DNA of 64,000 nucleotides from Eledone cirrhosa (GCA_964016885.1 OZ024744.1:106826001-106890000), one strand, 5' to 3'; numbered from the stretch's first letter, positions 38,192-51,039 are shown. Made by a program: numbers and translations. The notes: generated from the sequence alone by a model not told the origin.

Positions 38192-38290
38192 TTTGGGAAT
38201 GTTTGAGGCAGCTACACCCATGTCCTCTCCGTTGATACAGATATGCATGGTGCCATCACTGCATCTCTTCACACCTATCACATTTTCAAC
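38192..38290 (-). CDS. NEURL4: NEURL4 exon (NHR5), absent from the ORF track
   Basis: Manual translation VENVIGVKRCSDGTMHICINGEDMGVAASNIPK. Acceptor ctccgtacag, donor gtaatg; 99 bp, phase 0/0. Confidence 0.9.
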
Positions 38291-38359
38291 CTGTACGGAG
38301 AGAGAGAAGAACACAAACAGATCAGTCTTTATATACATCAAACTTTATTCATTGTCAAC

Positions 38360-41000
38360 TGGTAGTACTGGTGCCATGACAAAAAAGCACCCAGTCCACC
38401 CTGTAAGGTGGTAGTACTGGTGCCATGACAAAAAAGCACCCAGTCCACCCTGTAAGGTGGTAGTACTGGTGCCATGACAAAAAAGCACCCAGTCCACCCT
38501 GTAAGGTGGTAGTACTGGTGCCATGACAAAAAAGCACCCAGTCCACTCTGTAAGGTGGTAGTACTGGTGCCATGACAAAAAAGCACCCAGTCCACCCTGT
38601 AAGGTGGTAGTACTGGTGCCATGACAAAAAAGCACCCAGTCCACCCTGTAAGGTGGTAGTACAGGTGCCATGACAAAAAGCACTCAGTCCACTCTCTAAA
38701 GTGGTAGTACTGGTGCCATAACAAAAAGCACCCAGTCCACCCTGTAAGGTGGTAGTACTGGTGCCATGACAAAAAAGCACCCAGTCCACCCTGTAAGGTG
38801 GTAGTACTGGTGCCATGACAAAAAAGCACCCAGTCCACCCTGTAAGGTGGTAGTACTGGTGCCATGACAAAAAAGCACCCAGACCACCCTGTAAGGTGGT
38901 AGTACAGGTGCCATAACAAAAAAGCACCCAGTCCACCCTGTAAGGTGGTAGTACTGGTGCCATGACAAAAAAGCACCCAGTCCACCCTGTAAGGTGGTAG
39001 TACTGGTGCCATGACAAAAAAGCACCCAGTCCACCCTGTAAGGTGGTAGTACTGGTGCCATGACAAAAAAGCACCCAGTCCACCCTGTAAGGTGGTAGTA
39101 CTGGTGCCATGACAAAAAAAGCACCCAGTCCACCCTGTAAGGTGGTAGTACTGGTGCCATGACAAAAAGCACCCAGTTCACCCTGTAAGGTGGTAGTACA
39201 GGTGCCATGACAAAAAAGCACCCAGTCCACCCTGTAAGGTGGTAGTACTGGTGCCATGACAAAAAGCACCCAGTCCACCCTGTAAGGTGGTAGTACTGGT
39301 GCCATGACAAAAAAAGCACCCAGTCCACCCTGTAAGGTGGTAGTACTCGTGCCATGACAAAAAAGCACCCAGTCCACCCTGTAAGGTGGTAGTACTGGTG
39401 CCATGACAAAAAAGCACCCAGTCCACCCTGTAAGGTGGTAGTACTGGTGCCATGACAAAAAAGCACCCAGTCCACCCTGTAAGGTGGTAGTACAGGTGCC
39501 ATAATAAAAAAGCACCCAGTCCACTCTGTAAGGTGGTAGTACTGGTGCCATAATAAAAAAGCACCCAGTCCACCCTGTAAGGTGGTAGTACAGGTGCCAT
39601 GACAAAAAAGCACCCAGTCCACTCTGTAAGGTGGTAGTACTGGTGCCATGACAAAAAAGCACCCAGTCCACCCTGTAAGGTGGTAGTACTGGTGCCATGA
39701 CAAAAAAGCACCCAGTCCACCCTGTAAGGCGGTAGTACTGGTGCCATGACAAAAAAGCACCCAGTCCACCCTGTAAGGTGGTAGTACAGGTGCCATAACA
39801 AAAAAAGCACCCAGTCCACCCTGTAAGGTGGTAGTACTGGTGCCATGACAAAAAAGCACCCAGTCCACCCTGTAAGGTGGTAGTACTGGTGCCATGACAA
39901 AAAAGCACCCAGTCCACCCTGTAAGGTGGTAGTACTGGTGCCATGACAAAAAACCACCCAGTCCACTCTGTAAGGTGGTAGTACTGGTGCCATGACAAAA
40001 AAGCACCCAGTCCACCCTGTAAGGTGGTAGTACTGGTGCCATGACAAAAAAGCACCCAGTCCACCCTGTAAGGTGGTAGTACTGGTGCCATGGCAAAAAG
40101 CACCCAGTCCACCCTGTAAGGTGGTAGTACTGGTGCCATGACAAAAAGCACCCAGTCCACCCTGTAAGGTGGTAGTACTGGTGCCATGACAAAAAGCACT
40201 CAGTCCACTCTGTAAGGTGGTAGTACTGGTGCCATGACAAAAAGCACCCAGTCCACCCTGTAAGGTGGTAGTACTGGTGCCATGACAAAAAGCACTCAGT
40301 CCACTCTGTAAAGTGGTAGTACTGGTGCCATAACAAAAAGCACCCAGTCCACTCTGTAAGGTGGTAGTACTGGTGCCATGACAAAAAGCACCCAGTCCAC
40401 CCTGTAAGGTGGTAGTACTGGTGCCATGACAAAAAGCACCCAGTCCACCCTGTAAGGTGGTAGTACTGGTGCCATGACAAAAAGCACTCAGTCCACTCTG
40501 TAAGGTGGTAGTACTGGTGCCATGACAAAAAGCACCCAGTCCACCCTGTAAGTTGGTAGTACTGGTGCCATGACAAAAAGCACCCAGTCCAACCTGTAAG
40601 GTGGTAGTACTGGTGCCATGACAAAAAGCACTCAGTCCACTCTGTAAAGTGGTAGTACTGGTGCCATAACAAAAAGCACCCAGTCCACCCTGTAAGGTGG
40701 TAGTACTAGTGCCATAACAAAAAGCACCCAGTCCATCATGTAAGGTGATAGTACTGGTGCTATGTCAAAAGTCACACAGTCCACCCTGTAAAGTAATAGT
40801 ACTCGTGCCATGATAAAAAGGACACAGTCCTCCATGTAAGGTGGTAGTACTGGTACCATGACAAAGAGCACCCAGTCCACCCTGTAAGGCAGTGGTACTG
40901 GTCACATGACAAAAAGCACACAGTCCACCCTCTAAGGTGGTAGTACTGATGACATGACAAAAAGCACACAGTCCACCCTATAAGGTAATAGTGCTGGTGC
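38360..41000. repeat. Minisatellite, 48-50-bp unit, about 54 copies, SINE/RTE-tail-derived
   Basis: Unit ggtagtactggtgccatgacaaaaaagcacccagtccaccctgtaaggt, similar to SINE body ggtgccatggcaaaaaagcacccagcactcactgtaaa. Confidence 0.95.
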
Positions 41001-41087
41001 AACAAAAAAAAAAAAAAAAAAACTAGTACACATCGTAACGTGATTGGTATTAGGAAAGGTAGAAAGGTAGAAAGTTCCCAGTAAATC

Positions 41088-43185
41088 GGTTGGTGTTAGG
41101 AAGGACATCCAGCCATAGAAACCATACACCCAGTACACTCTGTAGTGTGGTTAGTGTTATGAAGGACATCCAGCCATAGAAACCATACACCCAGTACACT
41201 CTGTAGTGTGGTTGGTGTTAGGAAGGACATCTAGCCATAGAAACCATACACCCAGTACACTCTGTAGTGTGGTTGGTGTTAGGAAGGACATCTAGCCATA
41301 GAAACCATACACCCAGTACACTCTGTAGTGTGGTTAGGAAGGACATCTAGCCATAGAAACCATACACCCAGTACACTCTGTAGTGTGGTTGGTGTTAGGA
41401 AGGACATCCAGCCATAGAAACCATACACCCAGTACACTCTGTAGTGTGGTTGGTGTTAGGAAGGACATCTAGCCATAGAAACCATACACCCAGTACACTC
41501 TGTAGTGTGGTTGGTGTTAGGAAGGACATCTAGCCATAGAAACCATACACCCAGTACACTCTGTAGTGTGGTTGGTGTTAGGAAGGACATCTAGCCATAG
41601 AAACCATACACCCAGTACACTCTGTAGTGTGGTTGGTGTTAGGAAGGACATCTAGCCATAGAAACCATACACCCAGTACACTCTGTAGTGTGGTTGGTGT
41701 TAGGAAGGACATCCAGCCATAGAAACCATACACCCAGTACACTCTGTAGTGTGGTTGGTGTTAGGAAGGACATCCAGCCATAGAAACCATACACCCAGTA
41801 CACTCTGTAAAGTGGTTGGTGTTAGGAAGGACATCCAGCCATAGAAACCATACACCCAGTACACTCTGTATTGTGGTTGGTGTTAGGAAGAACATCCAGC
41901 CATAGAAACCATACACCCAGTACACTCTGTAGTGTGGTTGGTGTTATGAAGGACATCCAGCCATAGAAACCATACACCCAGTACACTCTGTAGTGTGGTT
42001 GGTGTTAGGAAGGACATCCAGCCATAGAAACCATACACCCAGTACACTCTGTATTGTGGTTGATGTTAGGAAGAACATCCAGCCATAGAAACCATACACC
42101 CAGTACACTCTGTAGTGTGGTTGGTGTTATGAAGGACATCCAGCCATAGAAACCATACACCCAGTACACTCTGTAGTGTGGTTAGTGTTATGAAGGACAT
42201 CCAGCCATAGAAACCATACTCCCAGTACACTCTGTAGTGTGGTTGGTGTTATGAAGGACATCCAGCCATAGAAACCATACTCCCAGTACACTCTGTAGTG
42301 TGGTTGGTGTTATGAAGGACATCCAGCCATAGAAACCATACTCCCAGTACACTCTGTAGTGTGGTTGGTGTTATGAAGGACATCCAGCCATAGAAACCAT
42401 ACACCCAGTACACTCTGTAGTGTGGTTGGTGTTAGGAAGGACATCTAGCCATAGAAACCATACTCCCAGTACACTCTGTAGTGTGGTTGGTGTTATGAAG
42501 GACATCCAGCCATAGAAACCATACACCCAGTACACTCTGTAGTGTGGTTGGTGTTATGAAGGACATCTAGCCATAGAAACCATACTCCCAGTACACTCTG
42601 TAGTGTGGTTGGTGTTATGAAGGACATCCAGCCATAGAAACCATACACCCAGTACACTCTGTAGTGTGGTTGGTGTTAGGAAGGACATCTAGCCATAGAA
42701 ACCATACTCCCAGTACACTCTGTAGTGTGGTTGGTGTTATGAAGGACATCCAGCCATAGAAACCATACTCCCAGTACACTCTGTAGTGTGGTTGGTGTTA
42801 TGAAGGACATCCAGCCATAGAAACCATACTCCCAGTACACTCTGTAGTGTGGTTGGTGTTATGAAGGACATCCAGCCATAGAAACCATACACCCAGTACA
42901 CTCTGTAGTGTGGTTGGTGTTAGGAAGGACATCTAGCCATAGAAACCATACTCCCAGTACACTCTGTAGTGTGGTTGGTGTTAGGAAGAACATCCAGCCA
43001 TAGAAACCATACACCCAGTACACTCTGTAGTGTGGTTGGTGTTAGGAAGGGCATCTAGCCATAGAAACCATACTCCCAGTACACTCTGTAGTGTGGTTGG
43101 TGTTAGGAAGGGCATCTAGCCATAGAAACCATACTCCCAGTACACATTATAAAGTGGTTAGGAAGGGCATCTAGCTGTAGAAAAC
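41088..43185. repeat. Minisatellite, 61-bp unit, about 34 copies, SINE/RTE-tail-derived
   Basis: Unit ggttggtgttaggaaggacatccagccatagaaaccatacacccagtacactctgtagtgt. Confidence 0.95.
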
Positions 43186-43278
43186 AGCCATTTAACAGAG
43201 TGTTTGAGCAAGATGTGGTCACCTGACCTGCCTAGCCTTATAACAAGACCACCTGTCAAACTAGATGTTAAAAGGTGG

Positions 43279-43309
<31 letters not shown>

Positions 43310-43689
43310 ACATACAAAGAAGAAGAGAGAGAAAAAAAGGAAAATAAATATGAGGAGATTAAATGAGACAGGGGCAAACTTGACACCGTTGGTTGGAGGA
43401 TACATCTGAAATATACCTCTGGGGTAGACAAGATAGTGAAAACATTGCTCTGAAGAATAACTAACAATACCAACTGAAGTCGACAGTCCATCTACTTCCT
43501 CAGGTGAGATGCCTTCTAATCGGTCAAGTAAACTTGGTAGTGACCAACACAACATGGTCAGTCAATGTCTGGTAGTTATCTACCACACCACTGATGACAC
43601 AGGAGGTCTGAGTAGTGACCAACACAAAAAGGAATGTGGACATATGATGATATATTAACAGTCTCAACACAAATATATAGATTACTAAC

Positions 43690-43902
43690 CTGTAGCCTAT
43701 CAAGAGATGGAACATAATTTTCCCTGATAACGACACCATTTTTCTTGACATCAGATCCACTGACCACCCAAGTAGGTTTAGAGGTTAACCCCTCAATAGA
43801 TTCTGGTAATATAGTCTGTGTTGTTGTATCAGTAATTGATAAAGTCGTTAAACCAAGTTGTAGTGAACCTGACCACAATAATGAAAGCTGTTCAATCTTC
43901 AC
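43690..43902 (-). CDS. NEURL4: NEURL4 exon (NHR5)
   Basis: VKIEQLSLLWSGSLQLGLT...TWVVSGSDVKKNGVVIRENYVPSLDRLQ. Acceptor attgcag, donor gttagt; phase 0/0. Confidence 0.92.
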
Positions 43903-44310
43903 CTGCAATAGGAGGGGTAAAGTATAAGGTTATATGCAAATAAAACATTAACTATTTAATTAATTTTATCATTAATAATTAACACCAAAATTTCATATTC
44001 AATATTATATATTTACATAGGGAGAAATAAAGAAGGAGCAAACTACGGATTTGTGCCATTAGTGGACATGTATTAATGACTTAATTATACACCTTCAGGT
44101 ATAATTATCTGATGATGTCATGTTAGCTATTGTTGTTGTTGTCTTGGCAGTTGCATAACAGAAATGCCATTAATAATTATAATTATTTAATTACACAATA
44201 TAGATTTGTAACCATCCCAACTAGTTTTTTTATTTAACTGTTCTAATCCTTATATGGTATTTGATAATTATCTACCTGTCTGTTCTATACTGGCAAAGCT
44301 TTCTTATAAT

Positions 44311-47300
44311 TGATATGATGTGCACCATAGCATGTTTCTCACCCACGTGACTCTATAACTGATATGATGTGCACCATAGCATGTTTCTCACCCACGTGAC
44401 TCTATAACAGATATGATGTGCACCATAGCATGTTTCTCACCCACGTGACTCAGCAACAGATATGATGTGCACCATAGCATGTTTCTCACCCACGTGACTC
44501 AGTAACAGATATGATGTGCACCATAGCATGTTTCTCACCCACGTGACTCAGTAACTGATATGATGTGCACCATAGCATGTTTCTCACCCACGTGACTCTA
44601 TAACAGATATGATGTGCACCATAGCATGTTTCTCACCCACATGACTCAGCAACAGATATGACGTGCACCATAGCATGTTTCTCACCCACGTGACTCAGCA
44701 ACAGATATGATGTGCACCATAGCATGTTTCTCACCCACGTGACTCTATAACAGATATGATGTGCACCATAGCATGTTTCTCACCCACGTGACTCTATAAC
44801 AGATATGTGCACCATAGCATGTTTCTCACCCACGTGACTGTATAACAGATATGATGTGCACCATAGCATGTTTCTCACCCACGTGACTCTATAACAGATA
44901 TGTGCACCATAGCATGTTTCTCACCCACGTGACTGTATAACAGATATGATGTGCACCATAGCATGTTTCTCACCCACGTGACTCTATAACAGATATGATG
45001 TGCACCATAGCATGTTTCTCACCCACGTGACTCTATAACAGATATGATGTGCACCATAGCATGTTTCTCACCCACGTGACTCTATAACAGATATGATGTG
45101 CACCATAGCATGTTTCTCACCCACGTGACTCTATAACAGATATGATGTGCACCATAGCATGTTTCTCACCCACGTGACTCTATAACAGATATGATGTGCA
45201 CCATAGCATGTTTCTCACCCACGTCACTCTATAACAGATATGATGTGCACCATAGCATGTTTCTCACCCACGTCACTCTATAACAGATATGATGTGCACC
45301 ATAGCATGTTTCTCACCCACGTGACTCTATAACAGATATGATGTGCACCATAGCATGTTTCTCACCCACGTGACTGTATAACAGATATGATGTGCACCAT
45401 AGCATGTTTCTCACCCACGTGACTGTATAACAGATATGATGTGCACCATAGCATGTTTCTCACCCACATGACTCAGTAACAGATATGATGTGCACCATAG
45501 CATGTTTCTCACCCACGTGACTCTATAACAGATATGATGTGCACCATAGCATGTTTCTCACCCACATGACTGTATAACAGATATGATGTGCACCATAGCA
45601 TGTTTCTCACCCACGTGACTCTATAACAGATATGATGTGCACCATAGCATGTTTCTCACCCACATGACTCAGTAACAGATATGATGTGCACCATAGCATG
45701 TTTCTCACCCACGTGACTCTATAACAGATATGATGTGCACCATAGCATGTTTCTCACCCACGTGACTCTATAACAGATATGATGTGCACCATAGCATGTT
45801 TCTCACCCACGTGACTGTATAACAGATATGATGTGCACCATAGCATGTTTCTCACCCACATGACTCAGTAACAGATATGATGTGCACCATAGCATGTTTC
45901 TCACCCACGTGACTCTATAACAGATATGATGTGCACCATAGCATGTTTCTCACCCACGTGACTCAGTAACAGATATGATGTGCACCATAGCATGTTTCTC
46001 ACCCACGTGACTCTATAACAGATATGATGTGCACCATAGCATGTTTCTCACCCACATGACTCAGTAACAGATATGATGTGCACCATAGCATGTTTCTCAC
46101 CCACGTGACTCAGTAACAGATATGATGTGCACCATAGCATGTTTCTCACCCACGTGACTGTATAACAGATATGATGTGCACCATAGCATGTTTCTCACCC
46201 ACGTGACTCTATAACAGATATGATGTGCACCATAGCATGTTTATCACCCACGTGACTCTATAACAGATATGATGTGCACCATAGCATGTTTCTCACCCAC
46301 GTCACTCTATAACAGATATGATGTGCACCATAGCATGTTTCTCACCCACGTGACTCAGTAACAGATATGATGTGCACCATAGCATGTTTCTCACCCACAT
46401 GACTCTATAACAGATATGATGTGCACCATAGCATGTTTCTCACCCACGTGACTCTATAACAGATATGATGTGCACCATAGCATGTTTCTCACCCACGTGA
46501 CTCTATAACAGATATGATGTGCACCATAGCATGTTTCTCACCCACGTGACTCAGTAACAGATATGACGTGCACCATAGCATGTTTATCACCCACGTGACT
46601 CTATAACAGATATGATGTGCACCATAGCATGTTTCTCACCCACGTGACTATATAACAGATATGATGTGCACCATAGCATGTTTCTCACCCACGTGACTGT
46701 ATGACAGATATGATGTGCACCATAGCATGTTTATCACCCACGTCACTCTATAACAGATATGATGTGCACCATAGCATGTTTCTCACCCACGTGACTCAGT
46801 AACAGATATGACGTGCACCATAGCATGTTTCTCACCCACGTGACTCTATAACAGATATGATGTGCACCATAGCATGTTTCTCACCCACGTGACTCTATAA
46901 CAGATATGATGTGCACCATAGCATGTTTCTCACCCACGTGACTATATAACAGATATGATGTGCACCATAGCATGTTTCTCACCCACGTGACTGTATAACA
47001 GATATGATGTGCACCATAGCATGTTTATCACCCACGTGACTGTATAACAGATATGATGTGCACCATAGCATGTTTCTCACCCACGTGACTCTATAACAGA
47101 TATGATGTGCACCATAGCATGTTTCTCACCCACGTGACTCTATAACAGATATGATGTGCACCATAGCATGTTTCTCACCCACGTGACTCTATAACAGATA
47201 TGTGCACCATAGCATGTTTCTCACCCACGTGACTCTATAACAGATATGATGTGCACCATAGCATGTTTCTCACCCACGTGACTCTATAACAGATATGATG

Positions 47301-48239
47301 TGCACCATAGCATGTTTCTCACCCACGTGACTCTATAACAGATATGATGTGCACCATAGCATGTTTCTCACCCACGTGACTCTATAACAGATATGATGTG
47401 CACCATAGCATGTTTCTCACCCACGTGACTCTATAACAGATATGATGTGCACCATAGCATGTTTCTCACCCACGTGACTCTATAACAGATATGATGTGCA
47501 CCATAGCATGTTTCTCACCCACGTGACTCTATAACAGATATGATGTGCACCATAGCATGTTTCTCACCCACGTGACTCTATAACAGATATGATGTGCACC
47601 ATAGCATGTTTCTCACCCACGTGACTCTATAACAGATATGATGTGCACCATAGCATGTTTCTCACCCACGTGACTCAGTAACAGATATGATGTGCACCAT
47701 AGCATGTTTCTCACCCACGTGACTGTATAACAGATATGATGTGCACCATAGCATGTTTCTCACCCACGTGACTCTATAACAGATATGATGTGCACCATAG
47801 CATGTTTCTCACCCACGTGACTCTATAACAGATATGATGTGCACCATAGCATGTTTCTCACCCACGTGACTCTATAACAGATATGATGTGCACCATAGCA
47901 TGTTTCTCACCCACGTGACTCAGTAACAGATATGATGTGCACCATAGCATGTTTCTCACCCACGTGACTATATAACTGATATGATGTGCACCATAGCATG
48001 TTTCTCACCCAAGTGACTCTATAACTGATATGATGTGCACCATAGTATGTTTCTCACCCACATGACTCTATAACAGATATGATGTGCACCATAGCATGTT
48101 TCTCACCCACGTGACTATATAACTGATATGATGTGCACCATAGCATGTTTCTCACCCACGTGACTATATAACTGATATGATGTGCACCATAGCATGTTTC
48201 TCACCCACGTGACTCAGTAACAGATATGATGTGCACCAT
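44311..48239. repeat. Minisatellite, 49-bp unit, about 80 copies
   Basis: Unit gatatgatgtgcaccatagcatgtttctcacccacgtgactctataaca. Confidence 0.97.
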
Positions 48240-48715
48240 GTGACTTTGTTGATGATGGTGTATTGTAAATAAGATATAAAATAAATATTCTCGGGGCAAT
48301 GTTGTCTCCGTGTTTTGCTCCCCTTTCTAACTTGATCTTGTCACTGTCTTGGCTTAATCTGAGAGATGTAGTGCCAGTGTAAAGATGCTTTGGTAGAAAA
48401 ACAACTGGAGCCATGGCACACCCTTGTTTGGTGCCGTACGACGCCGCAAAGGAATGCAACAACTTCCCATCAGATAAAACAGTAGCTTTCATCTCCTCAT
48501 GGAAGGAGACAATGATGTTAAGTATCTTGTCAGATATCCCAAGCTTCTTTAGAATCTTCCAGAACACTTGCCAATTGAGAGTGTCAAAAGCGTTGGTTAG
48601 ATCTACAAGCACCATATATAGCTCTTGATTTCTCTCACAGACCTTCTCAACAATCCGATGAAGAGAAAAGATTGTGCTGTTTGGGCCACAGCCTGAGCAG
48701 AAGCCACAACACGAT
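48240..48715 (-). mobile_element. RTE-like reverse transcriptase fragments
   Basis: VDLTNAFDTLNWQVFWKILKKLG...GTKQGCAMAP, followed by a second RT piece IKLERGAKHGDNIAPRIF. Confidence 0.75.
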
Positions 48716-48820
48716 ACACTGTAAATATAATTATATATATATATGTGTGTGTGTGCGTGTTATGTATTTCCGTAGAAAAGGTAAAGGAAAGAAGAGTGCT
48801 CTATGAGTAGTACAGAGCTA

Positions 48821-49032
48821 TTTAATTATATAATTAGCAACACAATATAATTATTCCATTACCAAAGGTTTCATGAAAGTAGACGATCTTAACAGAAACG
48901 TCCAGTATGCTCATCAGATGAAATATATTTATCATCTGATGAGCATACTGGACATTTCTGTTAAGATCATCTACTTTCCTGAAACCTTTGGTAATGGAAT
49001 AATTATATTGTGTTGCTAATTATGTAATTAAA
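48821..49032. repeat. Fold-back palindrome (about 100-bp arms) with a hammerhead-like motif on each strand
   Basis: Arms about 48821-48921 and 48932-49032; + strand TCAT-CTGATGA...GAA-ACC ttt GGT-A-ATGG. Confidence 0.85.
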
Positions 49033-49101
49033 TATATATATATATATATATATATGGGTGGGGGTGCAAGCATATATGTCTGTGTGTATATATATTCATA
49101 T

Positions 49102-49449
49102 GGAGGCACATGGCTTAGTGGTTAGAGCATTGGCCTTGCAATCGAAAGGTTGTGAGTTCAATTCTCAGACCGGGTGATGTGTTGTTTCCTTGAGCAAGAC
49201 ACTTTATTTCACATTGCTCCAGTTTACTCAGCTGTAGAAATGAGATGATAGGGACCCCAGTCCCTATCATTCCACTGCAAAGTGGTCGTGGAGGTGCCAC
49301 GGCAAAAAAGCACCCAGCACTCACTGTAAATGAGGTTGGTGTTAGGAAGGGCATCCAGCTGTAGAAATCAAGCCAGAATCAGTTCCCGTCCCACCCTTGC
49401 AAGCAGGGAAAAAGCGGACGTAAAATGAAATGATGATGATGATGATGAT
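49102..49449 (+). mobile_element. tRNA-derived SINE, same family as 15300
   Basis: ggaggcacatggcttagtgg head through (gat)n tail. Confidence 0.85.
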
Positions 49450-49477
49450 GGGGTGGATACATATATGTATGTGTGTA

Positions 49478-49519
<42 letters not shown>

Positions 49520-49522
49520 TGA

Positions 49523-49571
49523 GATTCTACAGGACTAGAACTGTTTCATTCTTTAGAAATCATCAGGAATC
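49523..49571 (-). ncRNA. Type I hammerhead motif (inverted partner of 49574-49622)
   Basis: Exact reverse complement of the + strand copy. Confidence 0.7.
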
Positions 49572-49573
49572 CT

Positions 49574-49622
49574 GATTCCTGATGATTTCTAAAGAATGAA
49601 ACAGTTCTAGTCCTGTAGAATC
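49574..49622 (+). ncRNA. Type I hammerhead ribozyme motif
   Basis: GATTC-CTGATGA-T TTC taaa GAA T-GAA-ACAG ttctagtc CTGT-A-GAATC. Confidence 0.72.
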
Positions 49623-49721
49623 TCATCTATATTAAAACTTTTATACTCTGCAATGTATTGAGTACCTTACTTACTGTGGTTACCTCCGATTCAACCCGGA
49701 ATAACGTATATATATATATAT

Positions 49722-49899
49722 ATATATACATACATAATATGAAAGAGTACTGGTGGAATGTTTCAGTCAAAACCCCAATAAAATGCAGGCATAACACACC
49801 AGACATAGTGATATGGGAGAGAGAAAAGAAGGTATGAACAGTAGTGGAAGTTAGCTGTACAACAGATGTCAGTATAATGTTAAAGATTAGTGAAAAGTA

Positions 49900-49945
<46 letters not shown>

Positions 49946-50123
49946 TACTTTTCACTAATCTTTAACATTATACTGACATCTGTTGTACAGCTAACTTCCA
50001 CTACTGTTCATACCTTCTTTTCTCTCTCCCATATCACTATGTCTGGTGTGTTATGCCTGCATTTTATTGGAGTTTTGACTGAAACATTCCACCAGTACTC
50101 TTTCATATTATGTATGTATATAT
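49722..50123. repeat. Long fold-back palindrome (about 180-bp arms) centred on (TA)n
   Basis: The arms are near-perfect reverse complements around the TA run at about 49902-49943. Confidence 0.92.
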
Positions 50124-50300
50124 TCTCCATATCACTCTAACTTATATATTTTTATCTTCAAAACTATCCTTTCTACAGATTACAGTGTAAAGGGTTTTGA
50201 CCATTACATTATGTCTCATAGGTTGATAGAACTGTGACAGCTGCTTGAGATGTGTGCGTGTGTGTTAGTATGCATGTATATACATATAGTTGTATGTATG

Positions 50301-50700
50301 TACGAGGGCAATCCCAAAAGTAAGGTCTCCTTCCGATATTGCAACTTTTCCGTTAAAATCCTGTGGATGGTGCTTCGGGAAACCTCAGGAACCAAAATGC
50401 AGAGAGCACCCAGAGTAATCTGTCGATCTTTACGCATGTTTTCCTCGGAAGGAGACCTTACTTTTGGGATTGCCCTCATATATAATAACTGCTCGAAATT
50501 CGCATTTGGAGGTAGCGTTCAAACGGGAGCTCCATTCTCAACGGCTGCCAAGCCAAGATTGAGCATCCCAGCGAAGTGCGCGCATGCTTTGTTTGGGAGT
50601 GAAGGAAGCACCAATCACAACAGTGTTGCCAACAGCCGTACAAACAGTTTCTCTGCGTCCCCATCGCTTTGGAGACCTTACTTTTGGGATTACCCTCGTA
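50301..50700 (-). mobile_element. Mariner/Tc1 deletion derivative with three TIR copies
   Basis: tacgagggcaatcccaaaagtaaggtctcc at 50301-50330, inverted at 50451-50480 and 50671-50700; HTH-like peptide VSRSTIHRILTEKLQYRK; TA ends. Confidence 0.8.
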
Positions 50701-50748
50701 CATATGTATTTATGTATGTATGTATGTACATATGTATGTATATCTTAC

Positions 50749-50888
50749 CTCAAAGAGTTCATCATATCTAAGAGGGTCAGAACTAAACACTAGTGCATTC
50801 TTAAAGTTCCTTGTACGGCAAGCTATGTTGCCATTTTGTTTAATAACAACATTTTTACCACAACATTGACTGAAGCGGTGGCAAACTT
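50749..50888 (-). CDS. NEURL4: NEURL4 exon (start of NHR5)
   Basis: EVCHRFSQCCGKNVVIKQNGNIACRTRNFKNALVFSSDPLRYDELFE. Acceptor tttgcag, donor gtaaga. Confidence 0.92.
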
Positions 50889-51039
50889 CTGCAAATAAAT
50901 AGAAAACAATATTTAAAGTAAAAACAATAATAAAACACAAATTATTATAATATAATTTTAACTACTAGGTCAATCAATATATGTAGTTGTGTTAGCATTC
51001 ACCTGTGATAGATTGAGGTGATTACAACAGGATGTTCAC

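Noticed and set aside
38338-40672. ORFs up to 658 aa in the 49-bp array, and the poly-Val ORFs at 37269-38172
   Set aside because: Repeat and microsatellite artefacts; frames shift with poly-A length.
4826-48239. CRISPR-like appearance of the 29-49-bp repeats
   Set aside because: No unique spacers, no cas genes, and a eukaryotic intron context.
49102-49175. tRNA-like A and B boxes
   Set aside because: These are SINE heads continuing into SINE bodies, not tRNA genes.
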